Both the position numbers and the translations under genes were made by a program. A DNA stretch of 64,000 bases from Bacteriovoracaceae bacterium (lineage in GTDB: Bacteria; Bdellovibrionota; Bacteriovoracia; Bacteriovoracales; Bacteriovoracaceae), in contig JBFWTE010000021.1 in NCBI GenBank assembly GCA_050247975.1, positions 272 through 64,271 on the forward strand. The letters are read 5' to 3'. The notes beneath the pieces are model-generated. The model had not been told where the DNA came from and did not search any database. It was given only the letters and a program-made list of their open reading frames with translations. This document shows positions 19,166 through 28,926 of the stretch, in pieces. Every line of letters begins with the position of its first letter. The first letter of the stretch is position 1.

Positions 19166-19692
19166 AACTGATATTAGCATTTCTTCTATCTATGGCAGTT
19201 GGGTGTGCAGCTTACAAATCCTACAATCAGGAAGCAACTGGGCAAGTTGTCCTTAGAGGTGGTTACTATAAAAAACAATCTTGGCCTGATTCACTCGTTT
19301 TAAAGCGAATGAGCTGGTATCATGGGATGACTCTTTATTATGATATTTTACTTTGGAAGGCCGATCCAAATTCGCCATTTGCTAAATGGTTTTCACAAAC
19401 AGAAATGGAATTGTTTAATCGCTGTGAAAATTTATTAGTGACAGCAGGATACAGCGCAGATCCAAATAAGATCTCGCATGTTAGCTTCCGTGAGCAAATG
19501 AAACTCAATGGGTACGATGATATCGTTCTAGCTACCTTTTCTACCTTTTTAAGAGGCCATCCATCCGCCCCGGATTGGAGACTTCAGAATTATAAGATCT
19601 TGGGCTACTGTAAGCGTTCTCCAACAATGCTTGAAAATAGTAATCTCATTATTAATTTCCCAGGTTTCAAGCAGTTAGAGATTAAATTATAA
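19162..19692 (+). CDS. Hypothetical lipoprotein
   Basis: Signal peptide ending AVGC; ATGA overlap with the upstream hydrolase. Confidence 0.65.
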   Translation: MKLILAFLLSMAVGCAAYKSYNQEATGQVVLRGGYYKKQSWPDSLVLKRMSWYHGMTLYYDILLWKADPNSPFAKWFSQTEMELFNRCENLLVTAGYSADPNKISHVSFREQMKLNGYDDIVLATFSTFLRGHPSAPDWRLQNYKILGYCKRSPTMLENSNLIINFPGFKQLEIKL

Positions 19693-19729
19693 CTAAAATT
19701 TAAATCTGATTAAATTTATCAATTTGTCC

Positions 19730-19756
19730 TCAAGAAGAGCGTCCAAATACCGATAG
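19730..19756 (+). promoter_or_regulatory. Putative sigma28 (FliA) promoter of the Ser/Thr kinase
   Basis: TCAA-N15-ACCGATAG, ending 14 nt before the ATG. Confidence 0.55.
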
Positions 19757-19770
19757 GCACTTGAGGGATT

Positions 19771-21684
19771 ATGACTGAAAAGAAATTTCAACGTTTTGGA
19801 AAATACCTAATTTTGGATCATCTCGTTGATGGTGGAATGGCAAAAATTTGTCGCGCTCGCTATCTTGGTGAGCAGGCAAATAAAGTTGTGGCCATTAAAA
19901 TGGTTCAGCCTCAATTTTCAAATGATGATGCTTTTGCACGTATGTTTCAGGATGAGCTTAATATTACTTTTGGGATGCTTCATCCAAATATTATGCAGGT
20001 CTATGATTATGGTAAAACGAATGGCCAGTTATACACAGCGATGGAGTATATTCATGGGGCCAATCTAAAACAATATCTTGATCGCTTAAAAGACCGTAAA
20101 GTTGTTTTTCCTGTAGAGATTTCTTGTTACATCATCTCACAAGTATGTTTAGGCCTACATTACGCTCATACTTTCACCGATAAATTAACTGGTAAGCCTT
20201 ACAATATCGTTCATAGAGATATATCGCCTCATAATATCATGCTGACTTATGATGGAGCGGTTAAGGTTATTGATTTCGGTATCGCCAAGGCCAATACCAA
20301 CACTGAATCAACTCAAGCAGGAACTATAAAAGGGAAGTTATCTTATCTTGCTCCTGAATATTTGGATGGGCAGGAGTTAGATGCTCGTTATGATGAATTT
20401 GCAGTGGGAATTACTTTATGGGAACTTTTATGTTCACGTAAATTATTCCAAGCAAATAATGATCTGGCCGTGCTTAAACTTATTCAGGCCTGCAAAGTGA
20501 CTCCTCCTTCTCAAATTAACCCTTCAGTTCCAAAGGAGCTGGATGCAATTGTGATGAAGGCCTTGTCCAAAGATCGATCTCAAAGATATGAAAATCTTGA
20601 TCAAATGAACCGAGCACTGGTGAAGTTTTTATATTCTCATTATCCTGAATTTAATGCTTCCGATCTAAAAACATTTGCTGATGATTTATTTAAAACAGAA
20701 ATGGCGATGGATAAGGAAAAGTTTGTTGAATATGGAAAAATTGATATTCAGCCGTATATTGAGGATTTAAAGCGAGAAGAAAGTAAAGCTTCTAGAACAG
20801 TTAAAGGTCAAGTCCTTCCAGAAAGAAGTGAAATTGTTGAACTTGAACTTGATATTGATAACAATACTGGAATTGAAATTGCCAATGACGTTCACAAAAC
20901 GACAACTAGAAAGTTAGTTAAAAATTCTGCCGGGCCAGCTAAGCCTCAGCCCCCTAAATCGAACAAGGCAGAAGCTTCTGTTATTACCAAAAAGGCAGAT
21001 GAGAAGAACCAAACTAAAATGAGTTCTCGTAAAGAGATGAAAAAAGAATCCCACAGTTCATCTCCGATTATTATTTTTATTATTGCTGCTTCATTTGCTG
21101 GATTTGCATATTTTCAACCTGAACTAGTTGAAAGTATTTTTGGGATAAATTTAAAAAATCTGATTGATGGTACTGATCAATCTCGTTCTGTCTCTTCAGT
21201 AGAAAGTGTCAAAAAGCACAAATCAAATTCAACTCTGGAAGAAGTCGCTAATGGAACAGGGGAAGTCGTTTTAAGAGGTGTAGATATTTCGATGGAAGTC
21301 TTTATAGATGGTGTAAAAACTGAATATGTTGGACGACCAATTTTAGTGAATTTAAATCAAGAGATTACTTTAAGTGTTAAGAAGAAAGGGCATATGCCTT
21401 TCAGTACAAAGGTTAACTTAAATGATACAACTCGCTCTGTTGTGGTCAATATTCCAGAATTAGAAAGAGCGCGGATTGGCTTATTAAGTTCTTCTTTGAA
21501 TTATACATCTGGCTCTAAGCTTATCTACACAGAAGGTGGAGAAGTGGTAGAGAGAGAACTTCCTCTTAAAGATGTGCCAATCACTGAAGGGACTTATGAG
21601 GCAAAGATTGTTAATCCAATTCTAGGAACGGAAAAGAAAGTAGAATTTTCAATTGAAGAAAATAAGAAGCACTTCTTAGAGTAA
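19771..21684 (+). CDS. Membrane Hanks-type Ser/Thr protein kinase with extracytoplasmic PEGA-like domain
   Basis: VAIK, HRDISPHN, DFG, YLAPE; TM segment IIIFIIAASFAGFAYF; C-terminal EVFIDG beta repeats. Confidence 0.92.
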   Translation: MTEKKFQRFGKYLILDHLVDGGMAKICRARYLGEQANKVVAIKMVQPQFSNDDAFARMFQDELNITFGMLHPNIMQVYDYGKTNGQLYTAMEYIHGANLKQYLDRLKDRKVVFPVEISCYIISQVCLGLHYAHTFTDKLTGKPYNIVHRDISPHNIMLTYDGAVKVIDFGIAKANTNTESTQAGTIKGKLSYLAPEYLDGQELDARYDEFAVGITLWELLCSRKLFQANNDLAVLKLIQACKVTPPSQINPSVPKELDAIVMKALSKDRSQRYENLDQMNRALVKFLYSHYPEFNASDLKTFADDLFKTEMAMDKEKFVEYGKIDIQPYIEDLKREESKASRTVKGQVLPERSEIVELELDIDNNTGIEIANDVHKTTTRKLVKNSAGPAKPQPPKSNKAEASVITKKADEKNQTKMSSRKEMKKESHSSSPIIIFIIAASFAGFAYFQPELVESIFGINLKNLIDGTDQSRSVSSVESVKKHKSNSTLEEVANGTGEVVLRGVDISMEVFIDGVKTEYVGRPILVNLNQEITLSVKKKGHMPFSTKVNLNDTTRSVVVNIPELERARIGLLSSSLNYTSGSKLIYTEGGEVVERELPLKDVPITEGTYEAKIVNPILGTEKKVEFSIEENKKHFLE

Positions 21685-22560
21685 TTATTCCTCTGTCTTC
21701 GTATCATCAAACCGCTTTGATTGCTTGAAGCGATTAACTTTTCTCATATTAAGAAGTTTAATAATTTCAGCAGCTGTTTCTTCCAGTGCTTTTCCTGTCA
21801 CATTGAAGATAGGCCACCTTTTATTTTCAGCGAAAATTTTATTGGCCCATTCAATTTCTTCAGTTACTTTTGAAATATCAGCATAATCACCTTCATCATT
21901 TGATAGTCCTAAACGGGTGAGGCGATTTTTTCTGATTTGAAATAAGGCTTCTGAATCAATTGTTAATCCAAAAATTTTTCTTTGATCTACTTGGAAAAGT
22001 TTTTCAGGCAGTGCGACTCCCATGACAATGGGAACATTAACAACTTTGATTCCCTCTAAGGAAAGGTACATTGAGAGTGGGGTCTTAGAAGTTCTCGAGA
22101 TACCAACAAGAATGACATCTGCTTCTTCGAGAGAATTCATATTTCTGCCATCATCATGGTTAAGAGTAAATTCTATGGCGGCCACTCTTTTAAAGTATTG
22201 ATCATTAACTGCGTGAAGAAGGCCTGGTTGATAGTTAGGTTCTGCCTCAAAAAAATTAGAAAAAGCACCTAAGAGAGGACCCATCACATCCACTGAACGA
22301 ACGTGGTCTCGCTTGGAAAGTTCTGCAATATAAGTGCGCAGCTCTACTGAAACAATGGTGTAAACAACAATGTCATGATGGATGGCCGCTTCTTTAAAAA
22401 TGGCGTCGATTTGCTCTTTTGTTCTGATATTTTTATAACGAGTAAAGAAAATTTCTTTTTCTTGAAACTGTGTCATCGCCGCACGGGTAATGGCCGACGC
22501 TGTTTCTCCAGTACCATCAGAAATGACTATCACTTTTAATTTATCATTAGCTTGCATCAT
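21685..22560 (-). CDS. ppsR: PEP synthase / pyruvate phosphate dikinase regulatory protein (DUF299)
   Basis: VISDGTGETA, FTLNHDDG, GISRTSKTP. Confidence 0.92.
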   Translation of the reverse strand: MMQANDKLKVIVISDGTGETASAITRAAMTQFQEKEIFFTRYKNIRTKEQIDAIFKEAAIHHDIVVYTIVSVELRTYIAELSKRDHVRSVDVMGPLLGAFSNFFEAEPNYQPGLLHAVNDQYFKRVAAIEFTLNHDDGRNMNSLEEADVILVGISRTSKTPLSMYLSLEGIKVVNVPIVMGVALPEKLFQVDQRKIFGLTIDSEALFQIRKNRLTRLGLSNDEGDYADISKVTEEIEWANKIFAENKRWPIFNVTGKALEETAAEIIKLLNMRKVNRFKQSKRFDDTKTEE

Positions 22561-22635
22561 ATGCTTTTCGAGTTGAGGGTGAGGTTAAAAACTACTAATA
22601 TAGTTACACATATTTTAACTTAAGTAGGAGTCGAA

Positions 22636-23670
22636 ATGCATCTAAGAAAAACAATCTTTCTATCTATTTCTGTGCTCTCAATGAATGCTCATGCAGTTTT
22701 TAAAGCACTGCCAAAGGAAGTTCCAGTTCCTAAAGATAATCCAATGACTCCGGCCAAAATTGAACTTGGTAAGATGTTATTTTTTGATCCAAGATTATCG
22801 ATGGATGGAACTGTCTCATGTAATTCTTGTCACAATGTTATGTTCCATGGTGGAGATGGCCGTCCAGTTGGTGTTGGAGTTCATGGTCAGCGTGGAGGTC
22901 GCGGTTCTCCTACTGTTTGGAACTCTGCTTATCAAACAGTTCAGTTTTGGGATGGACGAGCAGCAACTTTAGAGGATCAGGCCAAAGGCCCTCTTGTCAA
23001 TAATGTTGAAATGGGAATGAGCTCACATGATTTTGTGATTGAGCGCCTTAATCGAATTCCTGGTTATACAGAATATTTTAGAAAAGCATTTCCTAAAGAT
23101 AAGAATCCAATCAATATCGATAATCTTGCGAAGGCAATTGCTACGTATGAGAGAACACTTGTTACTCCAAATTCTCCTTTTGATAAATATATGCGTGGTA
23201 ATAAAAAAGCTTTATCGGCCCAACAGATTCGTGGGATGAAGTTGGTGGATGAAATCGGGTGTACATCTTGCCATACTGGCGACAACTTTTCTGGAGAAGG
23301 TTTCAAGATGGGCGAAGGTAATTATCAGCCTTTCCCTCAAATTCCAGGATCAAAGTATGATAAAATGTATGATTTAACTTCTGATAAAGGTCGCTATGAA
23401 GTGACTAAAAAAGATGAAGATAAGAATCTTTGGCGTGTTCCGACTTGGAGAAACGTTGCGATTACAGCTCCATATTTTCATAATGGAAAAGTTAAAACTC
23501 TTGATGAGGCCGTACGTGTGATGGGTAAAACTCAACTTGGTATGGATTTAACTGATGCTCAGGTTGAAGATATCGTAGCTTTTTTAAATTCATTAACGGG
23601 CGAATTTCCAAAGCAAACTATGCCAATGTTACCTAACACCGCTAATTTTACAGTTACTCCAGAGCCATAA
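22636..23670 (+). CDS. Di-heme cytochrome c peroxidase (CcpA/MauG family)
   Basis: Signal peptide; CNSCH and CTSCH; FWDGRA..LEDQA; PYFHNG. Confidence 0.93.
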   Translation: MHLRKTIFLSISVLSMNAHAVFKALPKEVPVPKDNPMTPAKIELGKMLFFDPRLSMDGTVSCNSCHNVMFHGGDGRPVGVGVHGQRGGRGSPTVWNSAYQTVQFWDGRAATLEDQAKGPLVNNVEMGMSSHDFVIERLNRIPGYTEYFRKAFPKDKNPINIDNLAKAIATYERTLVTPNSPFDKYMRGNKKALSAQQIRGMKLVDEIGCTSCHTGDNFSGEGFKMGEGNYQPFPQIPGSKYDKMYDLTSDKGRYEVTKKDEDKNLWRVPTWRNVAITAPYFHNGKVKTLDEAVRVMGKTQLGMDLTDAQVEDIVAFLNSLTGEFPKQTMPMLPNTANFTVTPEP

Positions 23671-23677
23671 ATAATGA

Positions 23678-23703
23678 GGCCCTCTAACGAGGGCCAAATT
23701 TTT
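23678..23703. terminator. Probable intrinsic terminator
   Basis: GGCCCTC-TAAC-GAGGGCC then AAATTTTT, between convergent genes. Confidence 0.65.
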
Positions 23704-23705
23704 TA

Positions 23706-24089
23706 TTAGAGATTATTAATGAGATCGACAACTTCTTCAAATGAGAGTTCCTTACCTTGTGCAAGGGCCTCAGCTTGAATTTTTTCAACAGTTGATTCAA
23801 GTGCAGCCGAAGAAGATCCTTCAGCAGCAAAAGCAAGCGCTTCTGGTTTTACTTCTTGAACTTCTTTCATAAGTGCAACCGTCACAGCAACACCAGCTCC
23901 CAATGCTGTCAGCGCGAGAAGTTTATCACAAGCTTCCTCATAACCTTTCGAGCATCCTGTGGTAAAAATGGCGGCCTGTGCAGCAGTCGTGCCAGCTAAA
24001 GCAGCACTCACAACACCAACGGCAAAAGAATTTTGTGCAATAAAAATAGAAAGAGAGGCAAGAATTAAAGCTTTGCGGATGGATTTCAT
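23706..24089 (-). CDS. Small secreted Ala-rich protein (weakly DUF2388-like)
   Basis: Signal peptide ending SFA; one Cys pair; C-terminal EALAFAAEG..AALE..EEVVDLI; RBS AGGAG. Confidence 0.6.
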   Translation of the reverse strand: MKSIRKALILASLSIFIAQNSFAVGVVSAALAGTTAAQAAIFTTGCSKGYEEACDKLLALTALGAGVAVTVALMKEVQEVKPEALAFAAEGSSSAALESTVEKIQAEALAQGKELSFEEVVDLINNL

Positions 24090-24167
24090 TTTTTCTCCTT
24101 GGGATGGCGATTTTGATTTGACGCACAGTATAGCATCAAAGGATTTGCCGGTTAAGAATTGAAAATT

Positions 24168-25109
24168 TTACAATCCAAGAAACTTTGAGACTTTTAAAAA
24201 GATGAGTTCGCGCTCTTTAAGTGGATGAAAGGTCGTTTTGAGAGGATCACGTTTAAACCAAGTTCTTTGAGATTTGGCGAGTTGTCTGGTGGAAATAATA
24301 ATTCTCTCTCTACATTCAGAAATGGATTTATAGATCCCAAAATGGAAATCGAGAATTTCTTTATATCCAATAGATTGAAGAGGTTTTTCTAGTCCACTAA
24401 AACCTTGATCCAGAAGAGACTTTACTTCGCCCAGAAGATCAAGTCCTAGCATCTTATCAGTTCTTCTCTCAATTATTTTAAGATGTTCTTCTTTTGGTAA
24501 ATCAAGATGAAGATGAAGTATTTCCCAATTATGGATACTTTGTGATTCTAATTTTTCATTGGCCTGATCTTTTTTTTCTCTTGCTGTTGAGAGTGGAGTT
24601 TTATTGGCCCACCAATGTTCAACCGCCCGTCTTATCCGGTAATGATCATTCTCATGATAGCGAGAAAAACTTTGTGGATCGTGTATTTTCAAAAGTTCGA
24701 GAAAAGGAGCAATCCCTTCTTGATGATAAAGATCATCAGATTTTTTTAAAATCTCAGCAGGGGTAGAAGGGGAATCGTACATTCCTTTTAAAAGGGCCTG
24801 AAGATAGAAACCACTTCCACCTACGAGGTAAACAATCTTATTTTGTTTGAGAAGTTGATCGACTATGGGTAAGGCCTCACGAGCATAATCTGCTGCGTTC
24901 ATTGGATTTGATATGCTTCGTACATCAATCATATGATGAGGAATAAGTCTTCTCTCTTCGATTGTAGGTTTTGCTGTTCCAATATTAATTTCTTTATAAA
25001 GTAAAAGAGAATCGAAATTGACGATTTCCCCGCCAAACTTTTGAGCAAGTTCAATGCTGATTTCTGTTTTTCCTGTTGCTGTTGGACCTGAGATGACAAT
25101 GACTTTCAC
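24168..25109 (-). CDS. miaA: tRNA dimethylallyltransferase
   Basis: GPTATGKT, NFDSLLLYKEINIGTAKP, VGGSGFY, QSIGYKE, QLAKSQRTWF. Confidence 0.95.
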   Translation of the reverse strand: MKVIVISGPTATGKTEISIELAQKFGGEIVNFDSLLLYKEINIGTAKPTIEERRLIPHHMIDVRSISNPMNAADYAREALPIVDQLLKQNKIVYLVGGSGFYLQALLKGMYDSPSTPAEILKKSDDLYHQEGIAPFLELLKIHDPQSFSRYHENDHYRIRRAVEHWWANKTPLSTAREKKDQANEKLESQSIHNWEILHLHLDLPKEEHLKIIERRTDKMLGLDLLGEVKSLLDQGFSGLEKPLQSIGYKEILDFHFGIYKSISECRERIIISTRQLAKSQRTWFKRDPLKTTFHPLKERELIFLKVSKFLGL

Positions 25110-26698
25110 TTTAATCGATCCTTTAACAAGGCCTCTAATTCAGCAATGATTTTTTTCTCTATCAGAACATCAATTTTAAAATGAGTCAGCATTTCATGCC
25201 AGGTCGAAGAAGCCCATTCAGCAGGAATTAATTTTAATTCAGTAAGTTTTTTTTCTTCCAGGAGATGACTGACAATATCCCTTAATGGAAAACCATTCAT
25301 CCAATCGGGAATGGCCCTTAGTACCAGTGTTTCAGCTCCTAAATTTTCAATCTCGAATCCTGCATTTTGAAGTTTCAGGATGACTTCTTTACTCACTCCT
25401 CGAGAAGGGTATGGCTCACTTACTAATAATGGAATACTTAAACTTTGAGTATTCATTTTATTGGAGACAAATTCTTCCAAGAGTTTTGAGCAATTAATGG
25501 CCATCCAATTCATTTCATATTTTGTCATTAGAAAATTTCCAACCCAATAAAAATCGCTTTTTTCTTGTTGGATATTGTGAGGAGAAAAAAGTCCTTCCAT
25601 ATTGTAATCATGTCTTTGCTGAAGCAAAGAAGGGGGAGCATCTTGGAAGGAAGACAGAAAATCGGATGGAGGTAAAGGAGTAGAAGAAACTGGTGAAATC
25701 GGTTTTCTTCCTTGAGCAAGCTCTTTAATGGTGGAAGAAAGCAGACTAATCATCTTTGATGTTTCTAAACATTTAATGAGAGTTTTATTTGGATGCACAT
25801 TAACATCGATGTGATCCGCTGGAAGATGAAAGAAAACAAGATAATTATATTCTTCTTCGCCAAAGGATGAAATTAGAGCATTGCTTAATACTTTATGTAG
25901 CTGTTTATCTAGAACATATCTCCCATTGATGAAGATGTATTGCCATTTAATGGGAAGTTTTAAAAAAGAGGGAATGAGATAAACCTCGAGCTCATTGTCT
26001 TCATAAAATTTTTCAGAATAAAGAAGTAATCCTTTAGATTTTGGGACTATTTCTTCTATCCTCGTTTTTAAATCTTGAGCTGCATGGAATATTTCTTTCT
26101 CGTCATCTTCAAATTTAACAATAAATTCAATTTGAGGGTGTGAGAGAATAAAAGCGTAAATAGTCTTTTTTAGAAATTGCTTTTCTGCTTGTTGAGTTTG
26201 GATAAATTTCAAACGGGCAGGTGTATTAAAGAACAAATCTTGAATGACTAGTTCAGTACCTTGATTACCCTGAACTTGCTTCTTGCCATGGTAGATTGTT
26301 TGTCCACCTTCAATTCGAATTTCAGATCCTTCACCGCTACTCAGATAAGAATGGCATTGTACTCTGGCAATGGCAGCGATTGAGGCCAATGCTTCACCTC
26401 GAAATCCAAATGAGTGCAATTGATAAAGATCTTCGAATCGTTTAATTTTGGAAGTTGCATGACGAGAGAATGCCAACGGAAGATCATTAAATGTCATTCC
26501 ATGGCCATTGTCTTTTAATGAGATAAGATCTAGTCCATTATTCTTTATATGAAGTTCTATCCTGGTTGCTCCAGCATCGATAGAGTTTTCTAAAATTTCT
26601 TTGATTAAACTTCCTGGCCGCTCGATTACTTCTCCGGCCTTAATCTGATCTATCAGATGTTCTGGAAGTAAATCGATTTTAGGCGGAGAGAGAGTCAT
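25106..26698 (-). CDS. mutL: DNA mismatch repair protein MutL (short C-terminus)
   Basis: IKAGEVIERP, ENSIDAGAT, DNGHGM, HATSKI, GFRGEALASI, DVNVHPNK; adjacent to miaA. Confidence 0.92.
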   Translation of the reverse strand: MTLSPPKIDLLPEHLIDQIKAGEVIERPGSLIKEILENSIDAGATRIELHIKNNGLDLISLKDNGHGMTFNDLPLAFSRHATSKIKRFEDLYQLHSFGFRGEALASIAAIARVQCHSYLSSGEGSEIRIEGGQTIYHGKKQVQGNQGTELVIQDLFFNTPARLKFIQTQQAEKQFLKKTIYAFILSHPQIEFIVKFEDDEKEIFHAAQDLKTRIEEIVPKSKGLLLYSEKFYEDNELEVYLIPSFLKLPIKWQYIFINGRYVLDKQLHKVLSNALISSFGEEEYNYLVFFHLPADHIDVNVHPNKTLIKCLETSKMISLLSSTIKELAQGRKPISPVSSTPLPPSDFLSSFQDAPPSLLQQRHDYNMEGLFSPHNIQQEKSDFYWVGNFLMTKYEMNWMAINCSKLLEEFVSNKMNTQSLSIPLLVSEPYPSRGVSKEVILKLQNAGFEIENLGAETLVLRAIPDWMNGFPLRDIVSHLLEEKKLTELKLIPAEWASSTWHEMLTHFKIDVLIEKKIIAELEALLKDRLK

Positions 26699-27610
26699 TT
26701 ATCCCTTAAAAAAGTTTACTTGATTCCTACCAGCTTCTTTAGATTTATAAACTGCAGAGTCCGCACGTTTAAACAAATCCGTTCCAGAGTTTACACCCTG
26801 TCGATAATCTGCAACGCCAATAGAGGCGGTTACTGGTAAGCGCTTTCCATCATAGATGAACTCATGCTTTTCTACCAATTTTCTTAATCGCTCGGCAATC
26901 TCAAAACCTTGTTTGAGATTTGTATTTGGTAGAAGAACACAAAATTCTTCCCCTCCATACCTAGCAAACACGTCACCTTGGCGAATTCCATGTTCACGAA
27001 TAATTCTTGCCTTTTCTTTTAAAACAAAATCACCCGCATCATGGCCAAAGTTATCGTTGAGCTTTTTAAAATGATCGAGATCAAAAATGATAAGAGTAAG
27101 TGGTTTCCCGGTAACTTTACTTTTTTTAACTTCTAGTTCGAGTTGATTGTTAAAAAAGTTTTTATTGTAACACTTGGTGAGACCATCTGTATTGGCCTCC
27201 TCAAGAAGTTTGTCATAGGTTAAACGCTCTGGATCGCCTTTAGGAATGTATTTTAAAGCGATGGAGCCGATTTTAATAATATCTGCTTTTTTAAGAACTA
27301 ATGGTTGAGTTACTTTCTGATCGTTAAGATATGTTCCATTGGCCGATCCTAAATCAGTCAAGGTGACTTCATTTTCCTCAACAGTAATGGTGAAGTGTCT
27401 TCGAGAGATACCATGAAAGTCTAAGCAAATATTGCAATCAGGGTTTCGGCCAACAAATGTATCACCAAGATTCAAATTGAAAATGGAGCCATTCAGTTCA
27501 CCACCAACAACGAGTAAGCATGCAGGCTTTTGCTTGGCCTCTTCTTCAGTTGCTGTGAGCGCCTTATGAATGTCGGTAATTAAAACGGTTGAATTTTTGT
27601 CCTGACTCAT
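26699..27610 (-). CDS. FHA-GGDEF diguanylate cyclase (DgcB-like)
   Basis: FHA motifs GR, SRRH, DLGSANGT; DGLTKCYN; I-site RQGD; GGEEF. GGAG RBS favours start 27610. Confidence 0.92.
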   Translation of the reverse strand: MSQDKNSTVLITDIHKALTATEEEAKQKPACLLVVGGELNGSIFNLNLGDTFVGRNPDCNICLDFHGISRRHFTITVEENEVTLTDLGSANGTYLNDQKVTQPLVLKKADIIKIGSIALKYIPKGDPERLTYDKLLEEANTDGLTKCYNKNFFNNQLELEVKKSKVTGKPLTLIIFDLDHFKKLNDNFGHDAGDFVLKEKARIIREHGIRQGDVFARYGGEEFCVLLPNTNLKQGFEIAERLRKLVEKHEFIYDGKRLPVTASIGVADYRQGVNSGTDLFKRADSAVYKSKEAGRNQVNFFKG

Positions 27611-27687
27611 TAATAGCTCCAAATATCCACTTGTTACTTAATCATTTTAGGGCCAAGCCTAACTTTGAGCAAGTAAACCACAATGGC

Positions 27688-27713
27688 GTATCGGAATTAC
27701 TTAAGACTTTTTA
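27688..27713 (-). promoter_or_regulatory. Putative sigma28 promoter of the FHA-GGDEF gene
   Basis: Minus strand TAAA-N14-TCCGATAC; the -35 lies in the last codons of pgi. Confidence 0.45.
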
Positions 27714-28926
27714 ACCAAGCGTAAGCATATTTTTTTCCGGCCTCGACTCCTGGTTGATTAAATGGATCAATCTTTAGCATTTTACCAACCATTACTGTCA
27801 GGCATTCAGAGAATAAAATGAGCTGACCTAGAAAGCATTCATTCAATTGAGGCACTTTAATCCTCAATACATGACGGCCATTTTCATTGAGCGCGGCCAG
27901 AGTTCCTTCTAGTTCCGCCTTCATTAACTCTGAAAGAGAATATTGAGAAAGACGATTAAAGCTCTCTCCCTCAATGGAATTAGAAAGTGAATAGTTATGC
28001 TGAAATTTTTCAACCTCAATGATGATAAGAAGTTTATCATTGGGTCCTTCCATGAATAATTGCATTTGAGAGTGCTGGTCTGTTGCTCCATAAGCAGGAA
28101 TAGGTGTTAGTCCTTTACCTTCTTTACCTAAGCTTTCGGCCCATAATTGCACAAACCATGCAGAAAAGTTTTTCAGTAACGAAGAATAGGGCATCATGAC
28201 TGTTTGTTTAATATTTTGATCATGAAGCTCTTTTATCCAGGCAGCTAATTGATAAAAGTCATTCCCTGATTCATGGCTGAGTATTGTTTGAGCTTCTATG
28301 GCCCCTTCCAAAATTTCTTTAGCATCAATCCCTGCAAAAAGTGCAGGCAATAGGCCAACAGGAGAGAGAACAGAATATCTTCCGCCCACATTTGAAGGGA
28401 TACTCAAGGCCGTCACATGCCATTTTTGAGCAAGACTTCTTAGATCACCTTTTTCTGGATCAGTACAAAATACAAAGTAGTCTTTAAATTCAGATTCTTT
28501 AACGCCAATTTTTTTCAGCTCATTCACTAATATGCTCATGGCCGCTACTGTTTCGGCAGTCGTTCCAGATTTAGAAACCACGTAGATGAGTGACTCTTTC
28601 AAATCAATTTTCATCAAGTTTCGTTCAAATTCATCTGGATCGATATTATTTAAGAAAATAAAATCAACACCACTATTATTTCCAAGGGCACTTAGGAGCA
28701 TTTCTGGCCCTAGAGCACTGCCACCAATACCAATATGAATGAAATATTTTTTGTGACAAAATTTTTCATAAACCTGCTTGCATTCGAGGAGCAATTCTTT
28801 TTTCTTGGCAAGTTCAAAAAAACCAATTTCACTAGATGAAATAGTTTGATGATAAGCTTCAATATCATGTTGGATATTGGAAATTTTTGGAAGTGAATGA
28901 CTTGAGCGAATTTCCCAATTAAGCAT
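27697..28926 (-). CDS. pgi: Glucose-6-phosphate isomerase (short type)
   Basis: GIGGS, VVSKSGTTAET, GGRYSVLS, QLWAESLGK, DQHSQ, FNQPGVEAGK. Confidence 0.93.
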   Translation of the reverse strand: MLNWEIRSSHSLPKISNIQHDIEAYHQTISSSEIGFFELAKKKELLLECKQVYEKFCHKKYFIHIGIGGSALGPEMLLSALGNNSGVDFIFLNNIDPDEFERNLMKIDLKESLIYVVSKSGTTAETVAAMSILVNELKKIGVKESEFKDYFVFCTDPEKGDLRSLAQKWHVTALSIPSNVGGRYSVLSPVGLLPALFAGIDAKEILEGAIEAQTILSHESGNDFYQLAAWIKELHDQNIKQTVMMPYSSLLKNFSAWFVQLWAESLGKEGKGLTPIPAYGATDQHSQMQLFMEGPNDKLLIIIEVEKFQHNYSLSNSIEGESFNRLSQYSLSELMKAELEGTLAALNENGRHVLRIKVPQLNECFLGQLILFSECLTVMVGKMLKIDPFNQPGVEAGKKYAYAWLKSLK

